A program made the position numbers and the translations under genes. Below the pieces are notes generated by a model. It had not been told where the DNA came from and ran no database searches. It was given only the letters and a program-made list of their open reading frames with translations. From positions 64,001 to 128,000 of the forward strand of contig CAVZRV010000031.1 in NCBI GenBank assembly GCA_963777605.1: 64,000 bases of DNA, given 5' to 3'. Of this stretch, positions 47,535 through 57,922 are shown in pieces. Origin of the DNA: an uncultured Acidobacteriota bacterium (GTDB lineage Bacteria; Acidobacteriota; UBA6911; RPQK01; JAPXNP01). Each line of letters opens with the position of its first letter. Position 1 is the stretch's first letter.

Positions 47535-49892
47535 ATGTCGAAGCAAATACCGAAGACACTGGTTCTTCCTATTTTTCTGGTCCTGGCAGGCCAGGTTCTT
47601 TCTCAGTCACCGCCCAGCGCCAGGGACTTCACGATCGCTGCCAATCAGTATTTGGCGATCGAGAAACCTTACGATTACCACAGAAGTCTCGCAGCGGATC
47701 CGGTTCACCGTCCCGCCCGAAATCGGGAGAGACCGATCGGCGCTCGGGAAATGGAGATCGCTGACCAGGGCTGGGCCATCGTCATTCCCTCCGCGGCCGG
47801 AACCGTCCTGAAAAATGCTGCTCGTGATTTTCAGGACTACCTGGCAACGTCAATGGCGGTTCAGGTGGAATTAACCGAGGCCGATTCGATTCACGACTGG
47901 CCCCAGAGAAACCGAAGTATCGTCGTCGGAACCGGCACCCAGCTTCCCGGCTGCGGGAGCGAGTTGGACAGCCCCAAGGACTATCGACTCCAGTCTTCGG
48001 CCGACAGAGTCGTCGTTTGTGGGTACGACGAACCTGGAGCAGCCTACGGCCTGTACAACCTGGAGGCTCGCATGAACCTGAGGGAGGGGCCGTTTCTCCC
48101 GGAGAGCCTGGATGCGGTAAGACAGAGCCTGTACCAGACAAGAATGACTCTGAGTTGGCTTGGCTGGATGGAGTGGCCGGACAACTATCTGTCCCATCTG
48201 GCTCACGACGGCTTCGACGCGATCTACGCTTCTGTCTATGCCAATCCAAACGGGGCGGATGGCCCTTCGCTTCGGGCCGAGGACCTCTACTCGATTCTGA
48301 TGTTCGGAATGAAGGAACAATCTCCAGAAAAAGTTCATGACCTCGTCAAGCGTGCGGCTCGATTCGGAATCAGAGTGTATGTACCGATCATCTTCCGCTT
48401 TACGGGGGAACCGGAGAACGAAGCGAGCCTGAGAGCTCTGGTTCGCGAGATCGTGACGGAATTCCCGGACATCGCTGGGTATATCCTTCTGACCGAAGGC
48501 TTTTATTACAACAACTGGTTCGGCGCGGGGGGGCAGGGAGACCAGGACCTGCTCGACTGGGCAAAATCGTGGGTTAAAGGAGTTGCGGTTGTCACCGAAG
48601 AGTGTCACCGGATCAATCCCAGGATCGAAGTCCTGCCCTGGGAGTACAACATCGATTTCCGGCCAAACCGTGCCGAGTTGAAGCGCCAGGTCGTCAGCCT
48701 CCTGCCGACGGACTCAATCCCGCTTCTGACCTGGGAAAATGGAAAGAGCTTTGAGATCGACGGCCTTCGCGGGTATCTTCGCGACTACTCGCTGAACCAA
48801 GTCGGGCCTTCCGAAGTGACGGCCGCCCAGATCGCCGAAGCCAAAGCGCGGGGAATGAAAGTCTACAGCAAGGCGGACACGTTTGCCAGTTGGCAGTTTG
48901 GCACTGCTCCGTACATCCCCGCTCCCTACCAGTGGTACAAGCGATACCAGGCCCTCGAAGAGTTCGGAGTGGACGGAACTCACGAGAGCTGGAGTAATGG
49001 GTACAAACCCAATTTCATCGCAGAGATGCGGGCCTGGTACTGCTGGAGTGGAGCTCCTCCTCTGGAAGAGCTTTTGACCCGGATCGCGCGCCGTGATTTC
49101 GGGACTGGATCGGAGGCTCTGGTACTCGGGGCCTGGAAGGACTTCAGCCATGCGATCACGCTTGTCCCGGACACCGGGCCGTCGATGGGCACGAATTTCG
49201 CGATCGGAAACCCGCTCTTCTTTGAGGCGGGTCCGCCGCGGACCATGACGCTGGAGCACTCATGGCGGGATCCTGTGAAGTGGCGGGGGTACACCGGAGG
49301 TTCAATCAACCCTTACTGGCCTTACACCGCGAACTTTCTGACCTTCTTTCCCGACTTCACCAACCAGCAGAACCGGGCCGAGGCCTATGCGCGGTCGCAC
49401 TCCGGAATCGGGGCTCTTGAAGAGAGTCGGGACGGAGCGTCTATAGAAGTGCTCCCCGTCTTCGAGAAGTACCTGCTCCTGGCCGCCGACGGTTTTGAGC
49501 AGGGTCTTGAGAAGTACCGGAAGGCCGCCCTCCAGGCTCCGCCGGAGAAAAGGAGAACTGCCATGCGGGAGGTCCTGGTTGCCGAGCAGATCCAGCGAAT
49601 GCTGCGAAGTGATCAGGCCATTCTGGCATTTGAGAACGATCGCTTCAGGTTGGCAGAGAGTTCCGATCCTCTGGAGCAGGCACAACTCGTAAACGAGATG
49701 ACGAAGCTGCTCGGAGAGGAGATTATTCGTACCGAAGCAGCTCTCGATGCAGCCCGTCGAGACTCTCGGCTGGGCTACGAGTTTGAGCAGGATTACGTCT
49801 ATTCTCCCTACGTTCTGGAGGAAAAGCTAGAAGTCCTTCGCAAGACCCTGACCGAACAGATTCCAGCATATCGACGGAATCGCGGCTTCTGA
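47535..49892 (+). CDS. Secreted uncharacterised putative glycoside hydrolase (family A, copy 3)
   Basis: Signal peptide; DFQDYL, VCGYDE.GAAYGLYNLE..GPFLP, DYSLNQVGPS, PYIP, DSRLGYE. Confidence 0.75.
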   Translation: MSKQIPKTLVLPIFLVLAGQVLSQSPPSARDFTIAANQYLAIEKPYDYHRSLAADPVHRPARNRERPIGAREMEIADQGWAIVIPSAAGTVLKNAARDFQDYLATSMAVQVELTEADSIHDWPQRNRSIVVGTGTQLPGCGSELDSPKDYRLQSSADRVVVCGYDEPGAAYGLYNLEARMNLREGPFLPESLDAVRQSLYQTRMTLSWLGWMEWPDNYLSHLAHDGFDAIYASVYANPNGADGPSLRAEDLYSILMFGMKEQSPEKVHDLVKRAARFGIRVYVPIIFRFTGEPENEASLRALVREIVTEFPDIAGYILLTEGFYYNNWFGAGGQGDQDLLDWAKSWVKGVAVVTEECHRINPRIEVLPWEYNIDFRPNRAELKRQVVSLLPTDSIPLLTWENGKSFEIDGLRGYLRDYSLNQVGPSEVTAAQIAEAKARGMKVYSKADTFASWQFGTAPYIPAPYQWYKRYQALEEFGVDGTHESWSNGYKPNFIAEMRAWYCWSGAPPLEELLTRIARRDFGTGSEALVLGAWKDFSHAITLVPDTGPSMGTNFAIGNPLFFEAGPPRTMTLEHSWRDPVKWRGYTGGSINPYWPYTANFLTFFPDFTNQQNRAEAYARSHSGIGALEESRDGASIEVLPVFEKYLLLAADGFEQGLEKYRKAALQAPPEKRRTAMREVLVAEQIQRMLRSDQAILAFENDRFRLAESSDPLEQAQLVNEMTKLLGEEIIRTEAALDAARRDSRLGYEFEQDYVYSPYVLEEKLEVLRKTLTEQIPAYRRNRGF

Positions 49893-49931
49893 ATCAATCA
49901 TCGAGTTAATTGGTTGGAAACGAGGAGAACC

Positions 49932-52262
49932 ATGACCGCAAAATCCCTGATTATCCGGGTAACCTTCTTGTGCCTATCGGTCGGCGCCGGCCTGCCGAAT
50001 GCACCGGCGGCCACTGAGGAGTTCGATCGGGTCGCGTTTGATGCCCTCCCGGCTGAGAAGCCCTACACTTACCACGAGCAGCTCAAAACCGGCCCGGTAC
50101 ACGCGTTGCGCAGAGATCCAGTCGGCAGACCTGAGGCCGACGAGATGACCATTCCCGACCAGGGATGGCAATTGAAGTTTCCCCTCGACGGAGGCCCTGT
50201 CCTGAGCCAGGCGGTTACTGATTTCCAAGACTACCTTGCGACCTCGATGAAGGTTGCAGTGACGTTGAGGCAGCCGTCGTCACTCGGGGACTGGGAGCGA
50301 CAGGATCGATCCATCGTGGTGGGGACGCGGGAAAGTCTGCCGGGCTGCGGAGCGGAGTTGAGATCGGACAAGGACTATCGACTGGTGGTGTCGCCAGGCC
50401 GAATCGTCGTTTGCGGATACGATGAAAAGGGCGCTGCGTACGGATTGTATAACCTTGAGGCACGAATGAATCTCCGGGAAGGTCCCTATCTTCCGGAGAA
50501 ACTGGATTCCGCCCGTCACAGCCTGTACCGGACCCGGATGGTACTGAATTGGCTGGGTTGGATGGAGTGGCCCGACAATTACCTGTCCCACCTGGCTCAT
50601 GATGGCTTCGACGCGATTTATGCATCCGTTTACGCCAACCCCAATGGCGCCGAAGGAACCGCCCACTACGTGCTTGCCCGAAAGCAGGACCCTGCCGCCA
50701 TGAAGGACCTGATCGAGAGGGCCAGTCGTTTTGGGATCAAGGTCTATACGCCCCTCCTCTATCGCTACACGGGTGAACCGGAAAATCAGGAGGGCCTGCG
50801 GCAACTCGTCCGCGACATCCTGACTGAACTCCCCGAGATCCAGGGCTTCATACTGCTCACCGAGGGTTTCTTCTACGACCGCTGGTTCGGAGCAGGCGGA
50901 CAGGGTCAGCAGGACCTCCGGGAGTGGGCGCGCCAATGGACTCAGGCAGTCGAAGTCGTGGTGCAGGAAAGCCAGCGGATTAAACCCGGCTTCGAAGTCC
51001 TCCCCTGGGAGTACAACATCGACTTTCGGCCTCAGCAAGTGGATCTGAAGCGATATTTCATCAGCCAACTGCCGGAGGAAACCATTCCGTTTCTGACGTG
51101 GGAGAACGGCAAGGAGATCGAGGTTGATGGGCTCAGGGGCTTCATTCGGGATTACTCGATCAGCGTCGTCGGCCCCTCCGAGGTGACCCGCGCCCAGATT
51201 GCGGAAGCGAAACGCCGCGGGATGCGGGTCTACACCAAAGCGGATACCTTTGCCAGTTGGCAATTCGGCACAACGCCGTACATTCCCGCCCCGTACCAGT
51301 GGTATCGGCGCTACCAGGCGCTCGAGAAATACCAGGTCGATGGCACTCACGAGAGCTGGAGCTACGGGTACAAGCCGAATTTCATCCTCGAGATGCGCTC
51401 CTGGTACTGCTGGACAGAGGCTCCGTCGCTGGACACGCTACTGCGGCAAATCGCCCGGCGAGACTTCGGAGCAGGCGCTGAGGATCTGGTTCTCGATGCC
51501 TGGAAGGCTTTCAGCGACGCCATTCAGTTGCTCCCCGACACAGGGCCGTCGATGGGTACCAATTTCGCGGTCGGCAACCCGCTCTTCTTCAACCAGCCTG
51601 AGCCCAGGACGATGACTCTCGGGCACTCCTGGTGGGACCAGGAAAAGTGGAAGAGCCACCTCGCATCTCGGATCAATCCCTACTGGCCCTACACACGCAA
51701 CAGTTTCACCTTCATGCCCGACTTCACCAATCAGGTCAACCAGGCCGAGCGCTACGCTTTCACCCGCTCAGGCATCTCAGGAATCGAGCAGGATCCCGAA
51801 AAGCTCAAGACAACACCGATACTGCAGGTATTCAATAAGGGTCTCCTGGAAACGGCGGATCGTCTGGAGGATGGACTCGTGTCTTATCGCGAAGCTGCCC
51901 TCAAGACGCCGCCGACCAAACGAGCCGAGGCCTTCAAACAGGTTTTACTGGTCGAGCAGATGCAGCGGATGCTCCGGAGTGAGGTCGCGATTCTCCAGTT
52001 CGAGGACTTCCGCTTCCGGTTGGTTCACTCCGAGGATCGAGAGTCTCGGCGGAACCTGTTGAGTCAAATGGAGACGATCCTTCGGAAGGAGATAGAGCGG
52101 ACCCGGCTTTCTCTCGAGACGTCGATGCGAGACTCTCGCCTCGGATACGAGATGGAGATGGACTACGTCTACGCTCCTCACGTTCTGCGCGCCAAGCTGG
52201 AGGTCCTGGACCACGTCCTCAAGGAGGAGATTCCCGAATTTCGAAAGGAAGAGGGACTTTGA
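49932..52262 (+). CDS. Secreted uncharacterised putative glycoside hydrolase (family A, copy 4; tandem duplicate of copy 3)
   Basis: Long identical blocks with copy 3 (WLGWMEWPDNYLSHLAHDGFDAIYASVYANPNG, EVLPWEYNIDFRP, KADTFASWQFG); GAGGAG before ATG 49932. Confidence 0.75.
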   Translation: MTAKSLIIRVTFLCLSVGAGLPNAPAATEEFDRVAFDALPAEKPYTYHEQLKTGPVHALRRDPVGRPEADEMTIPDQGWQLKFPLDGGPVLSQAVTDFQDYLATSMKVAVTLRQPSSLGDWERQDRSIVVGTRESLPGCGAELRSDKDYRLVVSPGRIVVCGYDEKGAAYGLYNLEARMNLREGPYLPEKLDSARHSLYRTRMVLNWLGWMEWPDNYLSHLAHDGFDAIYASVYANPNGAEGTAHYVLARKQDPAAMKDLIERASRFGIKVYTPLLYRYTGEPENQEGLRQLVRDILTELPEIQGFILLTEGFFYDRWFGAGGQGQQDLREWARQWTQAVEVVVQESQRIKPGFEVLPWEYNIDFRPQQVDLKRYFISQLPEETIPFLTWENGKEIEVDGLRGFIRDYSISVVGPSEVTRAQIAEAKRRGMRVYTKADTFASWQFGTTPYIPAPYQWYRRYQALEKYQVDGTHESWSYGYKPNFILEMRSWYCWTEAPSLDTLLRQIARRDFGAGAEDLVLDAWKAFSDAIQLLPDTGPSMGTNFAVGNPLFFNQPEPRTMTLGHSWWDQEKWKSHLASRINPYWPYTRNSFTFMPDFTNQVNQAERYAFTRSGISGIEQDPEKLKTTPILQVFNKGLLETADRLEDGLVSYREAALKTPPTKRAEAFKQVLLVEQMQRMLRSEVAILQFEDFRFRLVHSEDRESRRNLLSQMETILRKEIERTRLSLETSMRDSRLGYEMEMDYVYAPHVLRAKLEVLDHVLKEEIPEFRKEEGL

Positions 52263-53740
52263 TCGCGAAGCGCGAACCCGCCCATCAGGCTATCCGGGTG
52301 CCCGGCGGCAAACAACGAGGGAGATTCCAGTTGATGAGTCTGATGTTGCTTGCTGCGCTTTGTGTAAGCAGCGGCTGTGTTCCGTCCGGAGCAGGAGCAA
52401 GAGTGAGCGTTGTCGCTTTCGGGGCCGCCGGAGACGGGACGACCGACGATACCCTGGCGATCCAGAGGGCGCTTGCTGAGGCCGGGGCAATCTACTTTCC
52501 GCGCGGCACCTATCTGATCTCTCAGACCATCGACGTCCGTCTGGATACGCTCGGCCCAATCTCCATCTCGGGTGACGGGACCGCTCGGATTGTCATGGGC
52601 GGGGCCGGCCCGGCCTTCCGGATAACCGGCACCCATATAGGAACCGCCGCTCCGGCCACCGTGGCGCCCGAAGTGTGGAAAACGGAACGCACTCCAACGA
52701 TCGACGGAATCGAAATTGTCGGCCGGCATCCTGATTCGGGCGGCATCGAGCTTTCCGGAACGATGCAGGCGACGCTTACCCGCCTCGTGATCCGATCCGT
52801 CGGAACCGGAATCTATCTGACCCGCCGGAACCGGAATGTGATCATCTCAGAGTGCCACCTCTACGACAACCGGGGAGCCGGAATCCTCCTGGAAAATGTC
52901 AATCTCCATCAGATCAACGTCGTCAACTGTCATATCAGCTACAACCGGGGCGGCGGCGTGGTCGTCCGGAAAAGCGAGGTCCGGAATCTCCAGATTGGGT
53001 CATGCGACATCGAGGGAAACATGGATGCCGATTCCGACCCCGAAACCGCCAACGTGCTGATCGACGCGCGAAGTTCGTCGATTCGGGAAGCCGCAATAGA
53101 GGGCTGCACCCTTCAGCACTCAGGCGACCTTCCGACTGGGGCGAACGTCCGCCTGATCGGGGAAAGCCGGGACGTTGGCCAAAAAGTCGGCCACTTCGTC
53201 ATTGCCGACAACCTGATCTCGGACGTCGCCGTCAACATTCATCTCCAGTATGCCCGCGGCGTCAGCATCACCGGCAACAGCATCTGGCAGGGTTACCAGC
53301 ACAACCTGCTGGTGGAGGGTTCATCCCAGATTGTCGTCGGGCCGAACCTGTTCGACCGGAATCCCGATTACCGTCCCTACAAGAGCACCAACTCGATTCG
53401 GTTCGTCGACTCCGAGGACTGCACCCTGACCGCCCTTCACGTCACCGGCGTTCTTTCGGCGCCGGCAGCGATTGCCTTCGAGCGCTGTCGCTGGATCAAC
53501 TTGAGCGGCTGTTCCGTTCTCGACTCCGAGGGCGACGGGATTTCGTTTGACACCGTGGAGAACAGCCGAATATCCGACTGCTCCGTTCGGGCCAATTCGA
53601 AAGGGGAGACCTCTGGACGAGCGATTTCCGTGATCGGAGGGCAGAACAATCAGGTTGTGAACAACCTCTACTCCGGCCGACTTGCCATCGAGCCTGCCGC
53701 GGGAAAGGCCTCAGGCAACGTGAAGTCTCCACTGAATTGA
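52259..53740 (+). CDS. Right-handed parallel beta-helix (pectate_lyase_3-like) probable lipoprotein
   Basis: SVVAFGAAGDGTTDDTLAIQRAL..IYFPRGTYLIS N-terminal motif, repeated NVII..C / I.GN beta-helix turns; lipobox-like SSGC. Confidence 0.85.
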   Translation: MIAKREPAHQAIRVPGGKQRGRFQLMSLMLLAALCVSSGCVPSGAGARVSVVAFGAAGDGTTDDTLAIQRALAEAGAIYFPRGTYLISQTIDVRLDTLGPISISGDGTARIVMGGAGPAFRITGTHIGTAAPATVAPEVWKTERTPTIDGIEIVGRHPDSGGIELSGTMQATLTRLVIRSVGTGIYLTRRNRNVIISECHLYDNRGAGILLENVNLHQINVVNCHISYNRGGGVVVRKSEVRNLQIGSCDIEGNMDADSDPETANVLIDARSSSIREAAIEGCTLQHSGDLPTGANVRLIGESRDVGQKVGHFVIADNLISDVAVNIHLQYARGVSITGNSIWQGYQHNLLVEGSSQIVVGPNLFDRNPDYRPYKSTNSIRFVDSEDCTLTALHVTGVLSAPAAIAFERCRWINLSGCSVLDSEGDGISFDTVENSRISDCSVRANSKGETSGRAISVIGGQNNQVVNNLYSGRLAIEPAAGKASGNVKSPLN

Positions 53741-53787
53741 CTAAATGAACGAACCGGCAACACGCGAGTGTTCTGCCAGGAGGATCC

Positions 53788-54879
53788 ATGAGCCAGGAAA
53801 CGACCGTTTATCTGAATCCCGTTCAATTTGAGCGTCATCCTCAGAAACTGGTCTGCGCAGGGAAACTGGAAGCCTCCGTCTTCCGTTACGATTCGGGAGT
53901 TTCGGCGCTCCGGATGAAGAACGCAGCCGGCAGCATGACCACCCTGCCGTTTCAGGGTCAGCAGATTTGGGATCTGAACTTCCGGGGGCGCGACCTGACC
54001 ATGAAGTCGATGTTCAGCGAGCCAAAGCCGACTCGGGTCTACCTGGAGAACTATGGTGGATTCCTGCTTCACTGCGGAGCGATCGCCATGGGGGTCCCTT
54101 CCGCTCAGGACACGCACCCGCTGCACGGTGAATTGCCAAACGCCCCATATCATGAAGCGCGCCTCATCACCGGAGAAGATGACAGGGGTCGGTTTCTCTG
54201 CTTGACAGGTTCTTATCAGCACACCGTAGCATTCACATCCAACTACCTCGCTAAGCCGTTGATCAAATTCTGGGAGAACCGGAGCGAGATCCAAGTCTCG
54301 ATTTCAGTTCAGAACCTGATGAAATCCCCCATGGAACTGATGTATCTGGCCCACGTCAACTTCCGGCCGGTTGACAATGGACGACTCCTGTCCACTTCAC
54401 TTTGCACTCCTGAGCATTGCCGGGTCAGAAGCAGTCTGCCTCCGCAGCTGAGCCCTCCTGAAGGGTACCGAGAGTTTCTCAGCGAACTGGAACTCCACCC
54501 CGAAAAGCATACGGTCCTCGAGCCCGATCTCAGCTTCGACCCAGAAGTCGTCCTGTTTCTGGACTGTCTCCCGGACGCGGACGGATGGGCCCACAGTCTC
54601 CAGATCCACCCGGACGGCAGTTCCGACTTCATCAGCCACCGCCCCGCTCAACTCGGACACGGTATCCGCTGGATTTCACGAACCGGAGACCAGGACGCCC
54701 TTGGCCTCCTGTTGCCTGCCACGGCGGAACCGGAAGGCTACCTCGCCGAGAAGGGCAAGGGAAATCTGAAGGCGTTGGGTCCGGGTGAGGAGTTCCGTGC
54801 CGAGATGTTGATGGGAACGCTCGATCCTGAACCCACCCGGACGATGGAAGCAAAGGTCAAGAGAATCATCAGTTGCTGA
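53788..54879 (+). CDS. deoM: DUF4432 / aldose-1-epimerase-fold protein, DeoM (deoxyribose mutarotase)-like
   Basis: FRYDSGV, LPFQGQQIWD, LTMKSMF, G.PSA.DTH.LHGE, DPEVV, LPATAEPEGYLAE match, from memory, Salmonella DeoM motifs; AGGAGG RBS. Confidence 0.8.
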   Translation: MSQETTVYLNPVQFERHPQKLVCAGKLEASVFRYDSGVSALRMKNAAGSMTTLPFQGQQIWDLNFRGRDLTMKSMFSEPKPTRVYLENYGGFLLHCGAIAMGVPSAQDTHPLHGELPNAPYHEARLITGEDDRGRFLCLTGSYQHTVAFTSNYLAKPLIKFWENRSEIQVSISVQNLMKSPMELMYLAHVNFRPVDNGRLLSTSLCTPEHCRVRSSLPPQLSPPEGYREFLSELELHPEKHTVLEPDLSFDPEVVLFLDCLPDADGWAHSLQIHPDGSSDFISHRPAQLGHGIRWISRTGDQDALGLLLPATAEPEGYLAEKGKGNLKALGPGEEFRAEMLMGTLDPEPTRTMEAKVKRIISC

Positions 54880-54969
54880 GGTTGCGATTCAGCCTCCTCC
54901 CGCTCAATCCGGATGGAGTAAGGATCGCTCGGAATGCGGGTCCCCCGCCGATCGCCGCGTAAATCTCGG

Positions 54970-57876
54970 TCACGGGACGGGAGGGCCATAGACGATCGGT
55001 GTCACGATTGCTCCGCAGTATTCAGAGTCGCAGTCAAATCGCAATTCATTTGCTCCGGTCCGAAGCGTAGGAACTCTTCCCAGGGGGCCCAGTTCCTCTT
55101 TCAGGTGTCCGTTTGCGTCGTATTGCCGGCAAAACCCGTTCTCGGAGAACTCCAGATACTCATCCTCATGGAGGCTCCCTGGAAACACGATCTTCTCACC
55201 ATTGACCGTCAGGCTGGGATTGACGAGCTCGTTCTCGAGCATCTGAATGGCTTTGACCGGACCCAAGTGGACTTCCACGGTCTTGCCGGCAGGAACGTCG
55301 TTGATGAAAAGACTGAACCGATCGATGTTATCCCAGCGGATCGGGCGAAGAGCGAATTTCCAGACATAAGGCCACTCATAATCCAAAACTCGGCTCCCTT
55401 CGTATCTCGGGACGAGCACATACCTCCAACCCGCGAAATCCAGATCGACGTAGAAGTCTTTGGGACGTTTTCCTGGTGTCTCGACGTGGAAGTTGAGAAG
55501 GGCGCCACTGGCATCTCCGTAAACCCAGGTTCCGATCATCCTGTGCTGAAGAAGGTTGAGTGCCGTTTCAAAAAAGATCGTCTGTGAGGCCCAGGAACTC
55601 GAGCGGTTAGTCGAATTGACAGCTTTCAGTTTTATGGATGGTGATGGAATGCCCGGTGGCGTCCGATCACTTGGACCAATAGTGGAGGTGAACGCCCCTC
55701 GCCTTTCCCCGCGGACCTGGCCCAAATCGGAAGCCCCCAGGAGGATGACGTTTCTGGCGTCGGAATAGTCTGCAGGCTTGGCGAGAGCTCTCATGCGGAC
55801 CGCCAGAGGCTGGTCGCGATACGGATTGCGATACACCCATTCACGGTCTGAAGATTGTTTCACGAACTGGCGCGGACCCGACCGAAGCCTTCTGAAGGTG
55901 ACGGGGTCATCCCTCTGCAACTGAAAGTCCTGATATGGAGCCCTGAGTTCCTCCTTCACGGACTGAGGAACGCTGCCCGTTTGCCGAAGCTTTTCATAGC
56001 GGCGAAGGACGCTGAGGATCTCGTCGGTCCGGCCATGCTGCCTCAGTATTGCCGTGCTGACCTGGAGGCCCAGCGGTTCGCTATAGGCCAGTGCCTTGAC
56101 ACAACCGTATTCGATTTCCTCAGGCAGCGTTGAATCAGTGTTCGGACCGTTCAGAAACACGCCGTACCATCCGAAGTCACCCGGCATGAAGTTCTTCTGA
56201 TAAAGCCTGATATTGTCCATCCGCAAGACTTCCAGGAACGATCGGACCCCAGCCACGGCAGCGTCATTGGATGCCATCCTGGAAAGGAAGTGCCAGGACA
56301 TGTTGTCCGTCTTGCTTGCCTGGAGGATGATGTCGTGATTCAGCTTCCTGTACACCGCATCGAAGAACCGGTTCATGAAATAAAAGCGTGGGCCCTGCGC
56401 CTCGACAAATTCCGCGCCGTCAAAGTACAGGAGGTCAAAACCACATCGATTGACTGCGTTTGCGATACCCGTTGTCACTTCCTCGAGCATCGAGCTTTCC
56501 TGGTTGACGACAAAGTAATTCCAGCGCTCTCCAAGGTGGTAGATCGGGCTTCCCTTCTTGTGACTTGCGGAGCGAGTCCCGAACACGCCTCTCTTACAGT
56601 TTCTAAACCGATATGGTGCCTCGGAGGCGAAGTCACCATACTCGATGATTTCATCGTCAATCTGGAGATGAAGGCCCGGGTTTCCGCTGTTCAGTTCGTA
56701 GGTGTATCTGGTCCTCAGGCCCTTGTCTGCCGGGTTGGTCAGGGTGGGGATCTCTCCTGTTTCCGGATCGATGTCCATTGCGAGATCAAACGTGTTCTCC
56801 TTCACAAGGCGGCGGTCGGGGACCGGAGTCACATATCGGTCATCGTGGCTGACGCCGGCCGTCATGAGGTGAGTACCGGCCCTTAGTCCGGCAGCATGGA
56901 TCTTGGCTACACTCCCGCAAAGGCCATCGAATCCGCTTGGAAACCTACTCCGATCCACGTCGAAATGGCCCGAGGTCGTCGCCGGGAAGGAGGAGAGGAT
57001 ACAGCCGAATCCCCCCTGGAGAGCATACTCGATCACTTCTTCCACGTTTGCTTCATCGTAATCAATGAAGATGTAGGGTTTCTCGACCTCAGGCGACTGC
57101 TTGCCCCAGACACCATCGATCATCGGATGCGGCAACCCCTGGTCGAGTTCGAGTCGCGCCAGAGTCTCCATCAGGCGGGTTCCGGGACAAGTAACCAGGG
57201 CAACCCGAGCGCCCGTGGTCTCGATCGAACGATAAAGAGTCGCGGTCAGAATACGGGAGTCTCCAGGAGTGCCCACCCGCTGCCTGGCCATCTCCATGAA
57301 ATTGAATTCGTAGAGAGAGCGGCCCTGGCGGTCGCGAGGGAAGGACTCGACACCGAATGACAGGGCTTGGACTCCAACGGCCAGATCATCGTTGTAGACG
57401 GCATTGAGGATCTCACCGAAATGTTCACGAATGCTCAACCCCAGATTGACGATGCGGAACTTCTCAAAGTCACCGCTGACCTGAATCAATTCCAGGATAA
57501 TCCACTCTTCTGATGGGACAAGTGTGAATTCCGCTTCAACGCCTGCAGAGCCGAATTTCACCTTCATGCGGTTTCCTTCCAAGCCGACCGATGTGCTGCC
57601 GTAAGTTCGGCCGTTCCGGGAGACATTCATAAAGTCGATCGGGTCACTGGAGTTGAGATAGTCCTCCCCCGTGGCCTTCGAAATGAAGGCCCTGTTTCGT
57701 CCGTTTCTGCTCACGATGAGTCTCGCATAGGCGGTTTCAACAACCACGACCTCCGCGTCCTGGTAAAGAGAAGGACCCACCGATCCACACGATCCGGTCC
57801 AGATCGAGAACCCAAGCAAAATTGCTGCGGCAGGAATGAGCCGGCTGGTCTCCGTTAAATCGGCACCGATACGCAT
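54970..57876 (-). CDS. Probable lipoprotein, uncharacterised putative glycoside hydrolase (family B, long copy 1)
   Basis: TGSC lipobox-like; FPSGFDGL..KIHAAGLRAGTH, YVTPVPDRRL, YFDGAE; C-terminal IGTWVYGD.SGA...LDFAGWRY CBM-like domain; GGAGGT RBS. Confidence 0.72.
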   Translation of the reverse strand: MRIGADLTETSRLIPAAAILLGFSIWTGSCGSVGPSLYQDAEVVVVETAYARLIVSRNGRNRAFISKATGEDYLNSSDPIDFMNVSRNGRTYGSTSVGLEGNRMKVKFGSAGVEAEFTLVPSEEWIILELIQVSGDFEKFRIVNLGLSIREHFGEILNAVYNDDLAVGVQALSFGVESFPRDRQGRSLYEFNFMEMARQRVGTPGDSRILTATLYRSIETTGARVALVTCPGTRLMETLARLELDQGLPHPMIDGVWGKQSPEVEKPYIFIDYDEANVEEVIEYALQGGFGCILSSFPATTSGHFDVDRSRFPSGFDGLCGSVAKIHAAGLRAGTHLMTAGVSHDDRYVTPVPDRRLVKENTFDLAMDIDPETGEIPTLTNPADKGLRTRYTYELNSGNPGLHLQIDDEIIEYGDFASEAPYRFRNCKRGVFGTRSASHKKGSPIYHLGERWNYFVVNQESSMLEEVTTGIANAVNRCGFDLLYFDGAEFVEAQGPRFYFMNRFFDAVYRKLNHDIILQASKTDNMSWHFLSRMASNDAAVAGVRSFLEVLRMDNIRLYQKNFMPGDFGWYGVFLNGPNTDSTLPEEIEYGCVKALAYSEPLGLQVSTAILRQHGRTDEILSVLRRYEKLRQTGSVPQSVKEELRAPYQDFQLQRDDPVTFRRLRSGPRQFVKQSSDREWVYRNPYRDQPLAVRMRALAKPADYSDARNVILLGASDLGQVRGERRGAFTSTIGPSDRTPPGIPSPSIKLKAVNSTNRSSSWASQTIFFETALNLLQHRMIGTWVYGDASGALLNFHVETPGKRPKDFYVDLDFAGWRYVLVPRYEGSRVLDYEWPYVWKFALRPIRWDNIDRFSLFINDVPAGKTVEVHLGPVKAIQMLENELVNPSLTVNGEKIVFPGSLHEDEYLEFSENGFCRQYDANGHLKEELGPLGRVPTLRTGANELRFDCDSEYCGAIVTPIVYGPPVP

Positions 57877-57922
57877 TAGCTACCTCCAAATGACGGGGAT
57901 CAGTCAGTCAACCGGGTCTCCA

